Positions 8,909-19,454 of a stretch of DNA of 64,000 bases are shown piece after piece. Position numbers and translations under genes: made by a program. Positions within the stretch are counted from its first letter, which is position 1; each line of letters starts with the position of its first letter. Source of the DNA: an uncultured beta proteobacterium (GTDB taxonomy: Bacteria; Pseudomonadota; Gammaproteobacteria; Burkholderiales; SG8-39). The stretch is from NCBI GenBank assembly GCA_903928055.1, contig CAIYPG010000118.1, forward strand, positions 84,097 through 148,096, given 5' to 3'. Below the pieces are notes generated by a model. It did not search any database. It was not told where the DNA came from and saw nothing but the letters and a program-made list of their open reading frames with translations.

Positions 8909-9471
8909 TATTTCAGCCCCGGGACATCGGATATCTGGGCTAGTGACACATTGACAACATTGAAAACCCCGTTACCGAAAACGTCGGTGAAGTTTGCAAC
9001 GGCCAAAATGCGGACGCTAACTTTGCAGAGAATACAAAGCAACGCTCTGACAAGATTTCAGCATTCGTCAGGTTCATGCAGAACAATGACCGCACGACGA
9101 TTTGTTCCGGTACATAAGGCGCCCCTCCCGTGGGTTCAAGCAAACTGCCGTGGAGCCGGTACGTATGTTGTATTTGCTATCTGTAAAGTAGCACAAGCAT
9201 GTATGAGATTTATGTAGGGAATTCTGGACAGGCACAAGTGAATTTTGATGACATGCGCAGCCTCATTCATCTCATGCCATTGGTATTGATGCTTCGCTTT
9301 TTGCCGGCCCGTTTTCCGACAAAGAGAATGGCCGTAGCCGATGATGGATGTACTCCATCTTCCATCCGGCAGAATTTGGATCGCCCTTCTCAAGCACTGT
9401 GAACAAACGGGAACGCTCACGAACGTTTTCAACGCAGCGCCCGCTTAAGGCATTGGTCAGAGGGAAATGAC

Positions 9472-10971
9472 TCAGTAGGCGCGGTCAAGCCGGCGGTATT
9501 GAATGGCCTCCGCAAGATCTGCGGGGCTGATGACTGGATTGCCGGAAAGATCCGCAATCGTTCTGGCCAGCTTGAGTATCCGGTGATACCCGCGTGCAGA
9601 CAGGTTGAGTCTGACGATAGCTTGTTTCACTAGGTTGGCGCCGACTTCATCAATGCGGCAGTGTTCGTCAATTTCGCTGCCAGCCAGCTGTCCATTGCTC
9701 ATCCCTTGACGCTCAAGCTGGCGGTTACGCGCACACTCCACCCGGGCCCGCACGATCTCGGTCGAATCTCCATGTGCCTGCACGACCAGTTCACTTTCTT
9801 TCAGGGACGGCACTTCAATCTGAATGTCCAGACGATCCATGAGCGGGCCGGAGAGCTTGCCTCGATAGCGCGCAACTTGGTCAGGCGTGCACCGGCAGCG
9901 TCCACCGGGATGACCGAGATAGCCACACGGACACGGGTTCATCGCCGCAGCCAGTTGAAATCGCGCCGGAAATTCGACCTGTCTTGCGGCCCGGGAGATG
10001 GCGACTCGACCGGATTCAAGGGGCTCACGCAACACTTCCAGCACGCGCCGGTCAAACTCCGGCAATTCATCCATGAACAACACCCCGTTGTGTGCCAGCG
10101 AAATCTCGCCTGGCCGCGGATTGCTTCCGCCACCGACAATGGCCACGCTGGACGCAGAATGATGAGGAGCCCGAAACGGCCTCTGTTGCCAATTCGCAGA
10201 ACTGAACCCGCGGCTGCCCAAAGACTGCAAAGCCGCTGATTCAAGCGCCTCCGTTTCTGTCATTGATGGCAATAATCCCGGAAGGCGGGCAGCGAGCATG
10301 GATTTGCCGGTTCCAGGTGGTCCGACCATGAGGATGCTGTGCCCCCCCGCGGCAGCCACCTCAAGTGCACGCTTGGCGTGCGTCTGTCCGCGGACGTCCC
10401 TGAGGTCCAGCGGCGTATTGACCGGCAAGGCAACTGTACTCGAAGGCCTTGCCAGCGACTGTCGCCCAAGTAAATGTGCGCAGACATCCAGCAGGGATGA
10501 AGCTTCAAGGATTTCGGTTCGTCTGACTAACGACGCTTCACCCGCACTGGCATGCGGCAGAATGAAAATGCGTTCGCTGTTGGCCGCACCGAACGCCATC
10601 GCCAGTGCACCACGTACTGGACGCAGTTCACCTGTCAGGGAAAGTTCACCGGCAAACTCGTAGCGACCGAGGGCCTCCTGCGGAATCTGGCCTGAAGCCG
10701 CAAGAATTCCGAGCGCAATTGGCAGATCAAAACGACCGCTTTCCTTGGGCAATTCGGCCGGCGCCAGATTGACAGTAATGCGACGGGCAGGAAGATCGAA
10801 ACGGCAATTATTCAAGGCCGCACGTACTCGCTCGCGACTTTCACGTACCTCTGCTTCAGGCAAGCCGACAATGCTGAATGCCGGCAATCCATTGGAGAGA
10901 TCGACTTCCACCGTGACCGGCGGTGCCTCCATGCCGGAAAGCGCGCGACTGTGCAGAACAGCAAGGGACAT
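9472..10971 (-). CDS. comM: YifB/ComM family Mg-chelatase-like AAA+ ATPase
   Basis: 499 aa. N-terminal Lon-protease-like region MSLAVLHSRALSGMEAPPVTVEVDLSNGLPAFSIVGLPE; Walker A GPPGTGKS; Walker B VLFMDELPEF; C-terminal ChlI-like helical domain. Confidence 0.9.
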   Translation of the reverse strand: MSLAVLHSRALSGMEAPPVTVEVDLSNGLPAFSIVGLPEAEVRESRERVRAALNNCRFDLPARRITVNLAPAELPKESGRFDLPIALGILAASGQIPQEALGRYEFAGELSLTGELRPVRGALAMAFGAANSERIFILPHASAGEASLVRRTEILEASSLLDVCAHLLGRQSLARPSSTVALPVNTPLDLRDVRGQTHAKRALEVAAAGGHSILMVGPPGTGKSMLAARLPGLLPSMTETEALESAALQSLGSRGFSSANWQQRPFRAPHHSASSVAIVGGGSNPRPGEISLAHNGVLFMDELPEFDRRVLEVLREPLESGRVAISRAARQVEFPARFQLAAAMNPCPCGYLGHPGGRCRCTPDQVARYRGKLSGPLMDRLDIQIEVPSLKESELVVQAHGDSTEIVRARVECARNRQLERQGMSNGQLAGSEIDEHCRIDEVGANLVKQAIVRLNLSARGYHRILKLARTIADLSGNPVISPADLAEAIQYRRLDRAY

Positions 10972-11279
10972 GATGACGGCTGTCGTAACAGGTCAAGGCG
11001 AATCGCCCATGAAACAACGCGCCGCTACACAAAAAGTTGACCGTGGCACGTCCGAAGCAAAATCAGCTCAAACGATGCCTCCACAATGCAGCCTGGAGTC
11101 AATACACCACTTTGGGACATGCATTATTGCAGCGCAAAATTTGGCAAGCCTGACCGGAGGCGGTGGGTATAGCCTGAATTAACGGTAAAATTACATATGC
11201 GTCCAAGAACTCCTTGACGCCACGGCAAGCCAGTTGCGAGGAGCAACACCTGCCGTCGGCACGCAATCCACGTGCATAA

Positions 11280-13544
<2,265 letters not shown>

Positions 13545-13785
13545 TCTGTCGCACTGCAAGGTGGAGGCCGGTCATACGGCCTCTACAGCAGGCCTGCGTA
13601 ATCGAGCAGACTGGGCCGGAAAAAGCCTGATTGGTGCAGGCAATCGAATCTGGAGACATTCGCTTTGAGTGCAAGGCTCAAAGCCGCAATAGGTTCTGCA
13701 AGCCACTGAAGCAGATTACGGAATCACCGAGAAATCAGCATCCCGGCCAGCATTAACTCTACAGTGGCCGTCAATGCCGGGAAAA

Positions 13786-14025
13786 TCAGCGACCAGGCTG
13801 TTTTTCCATTTCCGCGACACGCGCTTCAAGCGCAGTAAGTTTCTCGCGGGTTCGGGCCAGAACTTTCGCCTGCGCATCAAATTCCTCGCGACTCACCAAA
13901 TCCAATCTCGCGAAGAATCCGGACAGCAAAGTACGGAGGTTCTTCTCCACATCCTTTGCCGGCGTTGCCGCAAGCATTTCCCGGACGCGCAGGCTCAGAT
14001 CATCAAATAGTTTGGATTGGGACAT
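13786..14025 (-). CDS. ubiK: UbiK/YqiC (BMFP) family accessory protein
   Basis: 79 aa. The coiled-coil protein [18 protein letters not shown]...[33 protein letters not shown] is typical of the UbiK/YqiC family. Confidence 0.75.
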   Translation of the reverse strand: MSQSKLFDDLSLRVREMLAATPAKDVEKNLRTLLSGFFARLDLVSREEFDAQAKVLARTREKLTALEARVAEMEKQPGR

Positions 14026-14187
14026 ATTTCACAATCTAACACAGCAAAAGCATTGAACAGTCATGGCGCCCATCGTCTCGCACCACGACGGTGCTGAATT
14101 TTCCAGAATGCTTGAATTTGGTGCGTATGGAATGTTGCATCCTTACGACACTGCTCATAAACACATGATTAGTATAACGAAAAAACC

Positions 14188-14203
14188 TGGCATGGGCCGT
14201 GCT
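14188..14203 (+). promoter_or_regulatory. Candidate sigma-54 (-24/-12) promoter for porin-glnK-amtB
   Basis: TGGCATGGGCCGTGCT compares with the consensus TGGCACG-N4-TTGCW. GG at 14189-90 and GC at 14201-02 have the canonical 12-nt offset. It lies 68 nt upstream of the porin ATG. Confidence 0.45.
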
Positions 14204-14270
14204 CTGCAATAAACTGGGATACACCGCAATTTGTGAGCGGTGTCTATTTTTAACCCTATAAGGTACTCAA

Positions 14271-15077
14271 ATGAAAAAACTTCTCCTCGCTTCGGCTGTT
14301 GCTGCTGCATTCGCGGCACCCACCGCCGCGATGGCACAGGCAGCCCCTGCTGCAGCTCCTGCTTCCCCGCACACGTTTACGGGCAACATGACGCTGGCAT
14401 CAGAATACCTGTATCGCGGCATCGCGCAAACGCGCGGCAAGCCGGCACTCCAGGGCGGCTTTGACTATTCGCACTCCAGCGGCCTCTATCTGGGTACCTG
14501 GGCTTCCAGCATCAGCTGGCTCAGCGATGCAACGATCGGCGCCAGTTCCAGCCTGGAAATGGATGTCTACGGCGGTTACAAGGGTGCGATCTCGGGTGAC
14601 CTCGGATTCGACGTTGGCGTGTTGACCTACAACTATCCCGGTTCGGGCCTGCCGACCGGTGCTGGCAAGCCGGACACGACCGAAATCTACGGCGCACTGA
14701 CCTACCAATGGCTGTCTGCGAAGTATTCGCAAACCACTGGCAGCCTGTTCGGATGGACCAAGACAACCGGCGGCGGCAAAACCTCAGGCAGCGGCTACCT
14801 CGACGTGACCGGAACCTGGGATCTGGGCAGCGGCTTTGGCCTGGTGGCGCATGTCGGACATCAGACCGTCAAGGGCCGCAGCAGCGCCAGCTACACCGAC
14901 TACAAGCTTGGTGTGACCAAGGACGTCGGATTCGGCACCGTTGGGCTGGCCTACACCTCGACCGATGCCAAGGAAAGTTGCTCGGCCGGTGAGGACTACT
15001 GCTTTGTCAACACCAGTGGTTCTACGTATCAGGCCGGTAAAGACCGCCTTTCCGCAACATTCGGCAAGACGTTCTAA
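14271..15077 (+). CDS. TorF-family putative outer-membrane porin
   Basis: Signal peptide ending AMAQA. FTGNMTLASEYLYRGIAQTRGKPALQGGFDY matches the N-terminal signature of the TorF-type porin family often found upstream of glnK-amtB. The C-terminus ends in F, as in beta-barrels. Confidence 0.75.
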   Translation: MKKLLLASAVAAAFAAPTAAMAQAAPAAAPASPHTFTGNMTLASEYLYRGIAQTRGKPALQGGFDYSHSSGLYLGTWASSISWLSDATIGASSSLEMDVYGGYKGAISGDLGFDVGVLTYNYPGSGLPTGAGKPDTTEIYGALTYQWLSAKYSQTTGSLFGWTKTTGGGKTSGSGYLDVTGTWDLGSGFGLVAHVGHQTVKGRSSASYTDYKLGVTKDVGFGTVGLAYTSTDAKESCSAGEDYCFVNTSGSTYQAGKDRLSATFGKTF

Positions 15078-15093
15078 CGCCATTCAGGCGGGA

Positions 15094-15129
15094 GGGCCGC
15101 CAACCAAAATTGGCGGCCCTTTCTTTTTT
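15094..15129 (+). terminator. Rho-independent terminator between porin gene and glnK
   Basis: gggccgcca / tggcggccc form a 9-bp GC stem with an 8-nt loop, followed by tttctttttt. Confidence 0.7.
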
Positions 15130-15139
15130 GAAATCTTAG

Positions 15140-15490
<351 letters not shown>

Positions 15491-15502
15491 GGGAGAACCG
15501 TA

Positions 15503-16993
15503 ATGAGAAAGCTATTTGCATTGCTCGCGATATTCGGCGCGATGTCCATCGCGACGCCGACGTGGGCCGACGACAAACCGGCCGCTGAGGCCACGCCAGC
15601 AGCAGCCGCACCAGCGGCCGCTGCACCGGCTGCCGCTGCTCCTGCAGCTGCGGAAGCCGCACCGGCAGCTGCAGCACCGGAGCAGAAGGTCGACAAGGGT
15701 GACACCGCCTGGATGATCGTCGCCACTGCGTTCGTGATATTGATGACCATCCCGGGTCTGGCGCTGTTCTACGGTGGCCTCGTGCGCACCAAGAACATGC
15801 TGTCCATTCTGATGCAGGTTTTCGCGACATTCTCGCTGCTTGCAGTACTGTGGGCCCTGTATGGCTACAGTGTCGCCTTCACCGAGGGCAATGCGTTCTT
15901 CGGGGGCTTCTCGAAGATCTTCATGTCGGGAATAACGCCGGACAGCAAGGTCGCGACCTTCAGCAAGGGTCAATACATTCCGGAATACATCTACGTGGTG
16001 TTCCAGATGACCTTTGCGGCCATCACACCCGCCCTGATCATTGGCGCATTCGCAGAACGCATCAAGTTCTCGGCTGTGATGCTGTTCATGGTGTTGTGGT
16101 TCACGTTCTCCTACCTGCCCATCGCGCACATGGTCTGGTACTGGGACGGCCCTGACGCCTACCCGGATGCCAAGGCAGCCGAACTGGCCGCATCGCATGC
16201 CGGCTTCCTGTTCCAGAAGGGCGCGATCGACTTCGCGGGCGGAACCGTGGTGCACATCAACGCCGGTATCGCGGGCCTGGTGGGCGCCATCGTGCTGGGC
16301 AAGCGCATCGGCTTCGGCAAGGAAGCCATGACGCCGCACAGCGTGACGATGACCATGATCGGCGCATCCCTGCTGTGGGTGGGTTGGTTCGGGTTCAACG
16401 TCGGCTCCAACCTGGAAGCCAACGGCGCCGCAGCTCTGGCCTTCATAAACACCTTCGTGGCAACCGCCGCAGCCGCTCTGGCCTGGATGTTCCTCGAGTG
16501 GATGTTCAAGGGCAAGCCCAGCATGGTCGGTATCGCCTCCGGTGCCGTTGCAGGCCTGGTTGCGATCACGCCGGCATGCGGCTTCGTCGGTCCGATGGGA
16601 GCCATTGCTCTCGGCGTGATTGCCGGTGCGATCTGCCTGTGGGGTGTCAATGGTCTGAAGAAGCTCATCGGTGTGGACGATTCGCTGGACGTATTCGGCG
16701 TGCACTGCGTCGGGGGAATCGTCGGTGCGCTGCTGACCGGTGTGTTCTGCTCACCGAGCCTCGGCGGTACCGGTGTGTATGACTATGTGGCCAACAAGGT
16801 CGGCGACTACGACATGATGGCTCAAGTCACCAGCCAGGCCTGGGCGGTCGGCACATCCCTCGTATGGTCGGCCGTAGTCGCATTCATCTCCTTCAAGATC
16901 GTTGACCTGATCATCGGTCTGCGTGTCAGCGAGGAAGAAGAGCGCGAAGGTCTGGACACGAACTACCACGGTGAGTCCGCATACCACCTGTAA
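15503..16993 (+). CDS. amtB: Ammonium transporter
   Basis: 496 aa. Amt signatures include DKGDTAWMIVATAFVILMTIPGLALFYGG, DFAGGTVVHINAG and VFGVHCVGGIVGALLTG. It has an N-terminal signal peptide plus an Ala/Pro spacer. Confidence 0.95.
   Translation: MRKLFALLAIFGAMSIATPTWADDKPAAEATPAAAAPAAAAPAAAAPAAAEAAPAAAAPEQKVDKGDTAWMIVATAFVILMTIPGLALFYGGLVRTKNMLSILMQVFATFSLLAVLWALYGYSVAFTEGNAFFGGFSKIFMSGITPDSKVATFSKGQYIPEYIYVVFQMTFAAITPALIIGAFAERIKFSAVMLFMVLWFTFSYLPIAHMVWYWDGPDAYPDAKAAELAASHAGFLFQKGAIDFAGGTVVHINAGIAGLVGAIVLGKRIGFGKEAMTPHSVTMTMIGASLLWVGWFGFNVGSNLEANGAAALAFINTFVATAAAALAWMFLEWMFKGKPSMVGIASGAVAGLVAITPACGFVGPMGAIALGVIAGAICLWGVNGLKKLIGVDDSLDVFGVHCVGGIVGALLTGVFCSPSLGGTGVYDYVANKVGDYDMMAQVTSQAWAVGTSLVWSAVVAFISFKIVDLIIGLRVSEEEEREGLDTNYHGESAYHL
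15578..15679 (+). repeat. Low-complexity (AAAAP)n coding tract in the AmtB N-terminus
   Basis: PAAEATPAAAAPAAAAPAAAAPAAAEAAPAAAAP is encoded by imperfect 15-nt GCN/CCN repeats. Confidence 0.85.
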
Positions 16994-17001
16994 AACGTTT
17001 C

Positions 17002-17089
17002 GGGACGGGGCCTGCCCCGTCCCAATGAGCAGGGGCGAAGCCCGAAAGGGCTTTAGCTTTCAAGGCGCCTTAACCAGGCGCCTTTTTTT
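17002..17089. terminator. Hairpin cluster / bidirectional terminator between amtB and the XRE regulator gene
   Basis: Hairpin 1 is gggacgggg-cctg-ccccgtccc (17002-17023). Hairpin 2 is aaggcgcc-ttaacca-ggcgcctt followed by ttttttt (17062-17089). Confidence 0.65.
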
Positions 17090-17130
17090 ATGCCCGCGAA
17101 AACAGCCGGAAGCAGCACGAGTCCGGCCGA

Positions 17131-17760
17131 TCATTCGTCAGTGGATGCGTCCGGGTAGTAGATGACCGACAGAAAACGGATCGGCAGTTTCAGCAGGCGC
17201 TCCGGACCATGCGGAACTTCACCGCGAAACGTCAACGCGTCACCCGGTGCCAGCTCGTAGGTATGCTGTCCGTGCCGGTACTCGATTCCGCCTTCCAGCA
17301 TGTAGATGAACTCGATCCCGGGATGCTCGAACGTGGGAAAGGTCTCGCTCTCGTCGTCCATCGAAATCAGGAATGGCTCGAAATGTTTTTTCGGCCCCTG
17401 GCCATAGGCGAGCAGGTGATAGGTGTGGCCCTGCTTGGTTCCGCGTCGCACGACCTCCATGCCTTCTCCGCTCTTCACCAGTTGGGCGCCCCCCACCGGC
17501 GCATCAAAGCCGCGAAACAGCGAAGAGATCGACACTCCCAGCGCGCCGGCGATGCGCGATAGCGAATCCAGGCTGGTTGAGGTCTGGCCGTTCTCGATGC
17601 GTGACAGCATTCCCCGGCTGATATCGGCAAGGTTCGCCACATCGGCAATCGTGAGGTGGTTCTTCAGGCGCTGCTCACGTATCGCGAGCCCGAGATGGCG
17701 CTCCAGCGATGCCGCCGCTTCACCTTTGGTTGCTGCCGTTGCCTTGCGTACGTTGGCCAT
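17131..17760 (-). CDS. XRE-family HTH transcriptional regulator with C-terminal cupin domain
   Basis: The HTH_3 region is LTIADVANLADISRGMLSRIENGQTSTSLDSL. The C-terminal cupin fold contains HPGIEFIYMLEGGIEY...GDALTF. It is divergent from the mgd/gmaS/mgs cluster. Confidence 0.85.
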   Translation of the reverse strand: MANVRKATAATKGEAAASLERHLGLAIREQRLKNHLTIADVANLADISRGMLSRIENGQTSTSLDSLSRIAGALGVSISSLFRGFDAPVGGAQLVKSGEGMEVVRRGTKQGHTYHLLAYGQGPKKHFEPFLISMDDESETFPTFEHPGIEFIYMLEGGIEYRHGQHTYELAPGDALTFRGEVPHGPERLLKLPIRFLSVIYYPDASTDE

Positions 17761-17824
17761 GGGCGTCGTCCTTGTCAGTCCTGAGGCGAAAAAGACCCGA
17801 TCATACCGTGCCGATGTTGCTAAT

Positions 17825-17863
17825 CATGCAATAAAGATGCATGATATGCATAATATCAGCATG
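17825..17863. promoter_or_regulatory. Operator-like ATGCA(T) repeat/palindrome cluster in the divergent regulator/mgdA promoter region
   Basis: CATGCA-N7-TGCATG is an inverted repeat at 17825-17843. Further ATGCAT and GCATG copies occur at 17846-17851 and 17859-17863, inside a locally AT-rich stretch. Confidence 0.35.
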
Positions 17864-17915
17864 GGAAGAAACTTAATTTCCTACTGATCCATCCCGTTCA
17901 TACCTGATCAAGCCC

Positions 17916-19157
17916 ATGCCCTGGCGTCTGTTGCGCTTCGCGTTGAGTCGTACGCACCCTGAACCGAGGATGTTCACTCGTCCGGCGCGGCTCAAGCCCG
18001 CCTACGACGTGGTGATCATCGGTGCCGGAGGCCATGGCCTTGCGGCCGCCTACTACCTCGCCCGCGACCACGGCATCACGAATGTCGCCGTGCTGGAAAA
18101 GGGCTACATCGGCGGTGGCAACACCGGCCGCAACACCACGATCATCCGTTCCAACTACCTGACCGTCGAAGGCGTGGCGTTCTTTGATGAAAGCGTGCGC
18201 CTGTGGCAGGACCTGTCCACCGAGTTCGACCTCAACCTGTTCTATTCCACCCGCGGACATTTCACGCTGGCCCACACCGATTCGGCCATGCGGACCATGC
18301 GCTGGCGGGCCGAAGTAAACAAGCATCTCGGCGTCGACAGCGAACTCGTGGATGCGCAATCCGTCGCAACCGCCATTCCGATGATGGACATGAGCTGCGC
18401 CGGACATGCGCCGGTGCTTGGCGCGTTGTATCACGCGCCCGGCGCCATCGCGCGCCATGACGCAGTGGCCTGGGGCTACGGTCGCGGCGCCGATCAGCGC
18501 GGCGCGGAAATCCACCAGCAGACCGAAGTCACCGGCATTGAGATCAACGACAGTGGCGTCGTTGGGGTCAACACCACGCGCGGCCGCATCGCCACCCGCA
18601 AGGTTCTGTGCGCCGTGGCCGGTTCCACACCACGCGTCGCCGAGATGGTCGGCCTGCGCACACCGATCTACATCCATCCGCTGCAGGCCATGGTGAGCGA
18701 GCCGGTGAAGCCGTGGCTCGATCCCATCATTGTCTCTGGCAGCCTGCATGTGTATGTCAGTCAGTCGGCCCGCGGCGAGCTGGTCATGGGCGCGTCGCTC
18801 GATCCCTACGAACTGCATTCGACGCGCTCGACGCTCGATTTCGCAGAGGGGCTCGCGGCGCACATGCTGGACATGTTTCCTTTCCTCTCCGACGTCAAGG
18901 TCGTGCGGCAGTGGGCCGGCATGGCCGACATGACCCCGGACTTCGCGCCCATCATGGGCAAGACACCGGTCGAGGGTTTTTACCTCGATGCGGGCTGGGG
19001 AACCTGGGGCTTCAAGGCCACACCGGTATCGGGCAAGACCATGGCCCATACGGTTGCGCACGACGCGAATCATGCGCTGATCGAAGGCTTCAACCTGTCG
19101 CGCTTCGGGCGCTATCAGCTCACCGGAGAAAAGGGGGCGGCCAGTGTCGGGCACTGA
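17916..19157 (+). CDS. mgdA: N-methylglutamate dehydrogenase / sarcosine oxidase beta-like FAD subunit
   Basis: YDVVIIGAGGHGLAAAYYLARDHGITNVAVLEKGYIGGGNTGRNTTIIRSNYL is the SoxB-family FAD fold. The alternative start ATG 17970 (MFTRPARLKPAYDVV) is equally plausible. Confidence 0.85.
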   Translation: MPWRLLRFALSRTHPEPRMFTRPARLKPAYDVVIIGAGGHGLAAAYYLARDHGITNVAVLEKGYIGGGNTGRNTTIIRSNYLTVEGVAFFDESVRLWQDLSTEFDLNLFYSTRGHFTLAHTDSAMRTMRWRAEVNKHLGVDSELVDAQSVATAIPMMDMSCAGHAPVLGALYHAPGAIARHDAVAWGYGRGADQRGAEIHQQTEVTGIEINDSGVVGVNTTRGRIATRKVLCAVAGSTPRVAEMVGLRTPIYIHPLQAMVSEPVKPWLDPIIVSGSLHVYVSQSARGELVMGASLDPYELHSTRSTLDFAEGLAAHMLDMFPFLSDVKVVRQWAGMADMTPDFAPIMGKTPVEGFYLDAGWGTWGFKATPVSGKTMAHTVAHDANHALIEGFNLSRFGRYQLTGEKGAASVGH

Positions 19158-19184
19158 TCCCCGCGTCGATGAGGACACCCGGCG

Positions 19185-19454
19185 ATGAAGCTCATGCCCT
19201 GTCCCGTAAACGGTCTGCGCCCGGTGAGCGAGTTCTTCTATTGGGGCGAGGTGCGTCCCATGCCCGATCCGGATCGTTGTGACGATGCCGCATGGGCAGA
19301 CTATGTGTTCAACCGCAACGGCGCGCCCGGCATCAAGAAGGAATGGTGGTACCACACGCCCAGCGGCACCTGGTTCATCGCCGAGCGCGACACGATCCGG
19401 GACGAAGTGCTGCGCACCTGGCTGCACGCATCACCGGAAGCGGAACAGCAATGA
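19185..19454 (+). CDS. mgdB: Sarcosine oxidase delta-like subunit
   Basis: 89 aa, MKLMPCPVNGLRPVSEFFYWGE..., matching the SoxD family pattern. Confidence 0.85.
   Translation: MKLMPCPVNGLRPVSEFFYWGEVRPMPDPDRCDDAAWADYVFNRNGAPGIKKEWWYHTPSGTWFIAERDTIRDEVLRTWLHASPEAEQQ

Noticed and set aside
9136-9432. Short ORFs (98 aa minus strand, 67 aa and 104 aa plus strand) in the long spacer upstream of the sensor gene
   Set aside because: There is no SD or start context and no recognisable motifs. The composition is Cys/His/Arg-rich and mutually overlapping, typical of random ORFs. The region is treated as non-coding.
14090-14135. NtrC enhancer sites upstream of the sigma-54 promoter candidate
   Set aside because: Only partial half-sites (GGTGC...TGCAT) are present, and there is no convincing TGCACC-N5-GGTGCA dyad. 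This is not reportable without a PWM scan.
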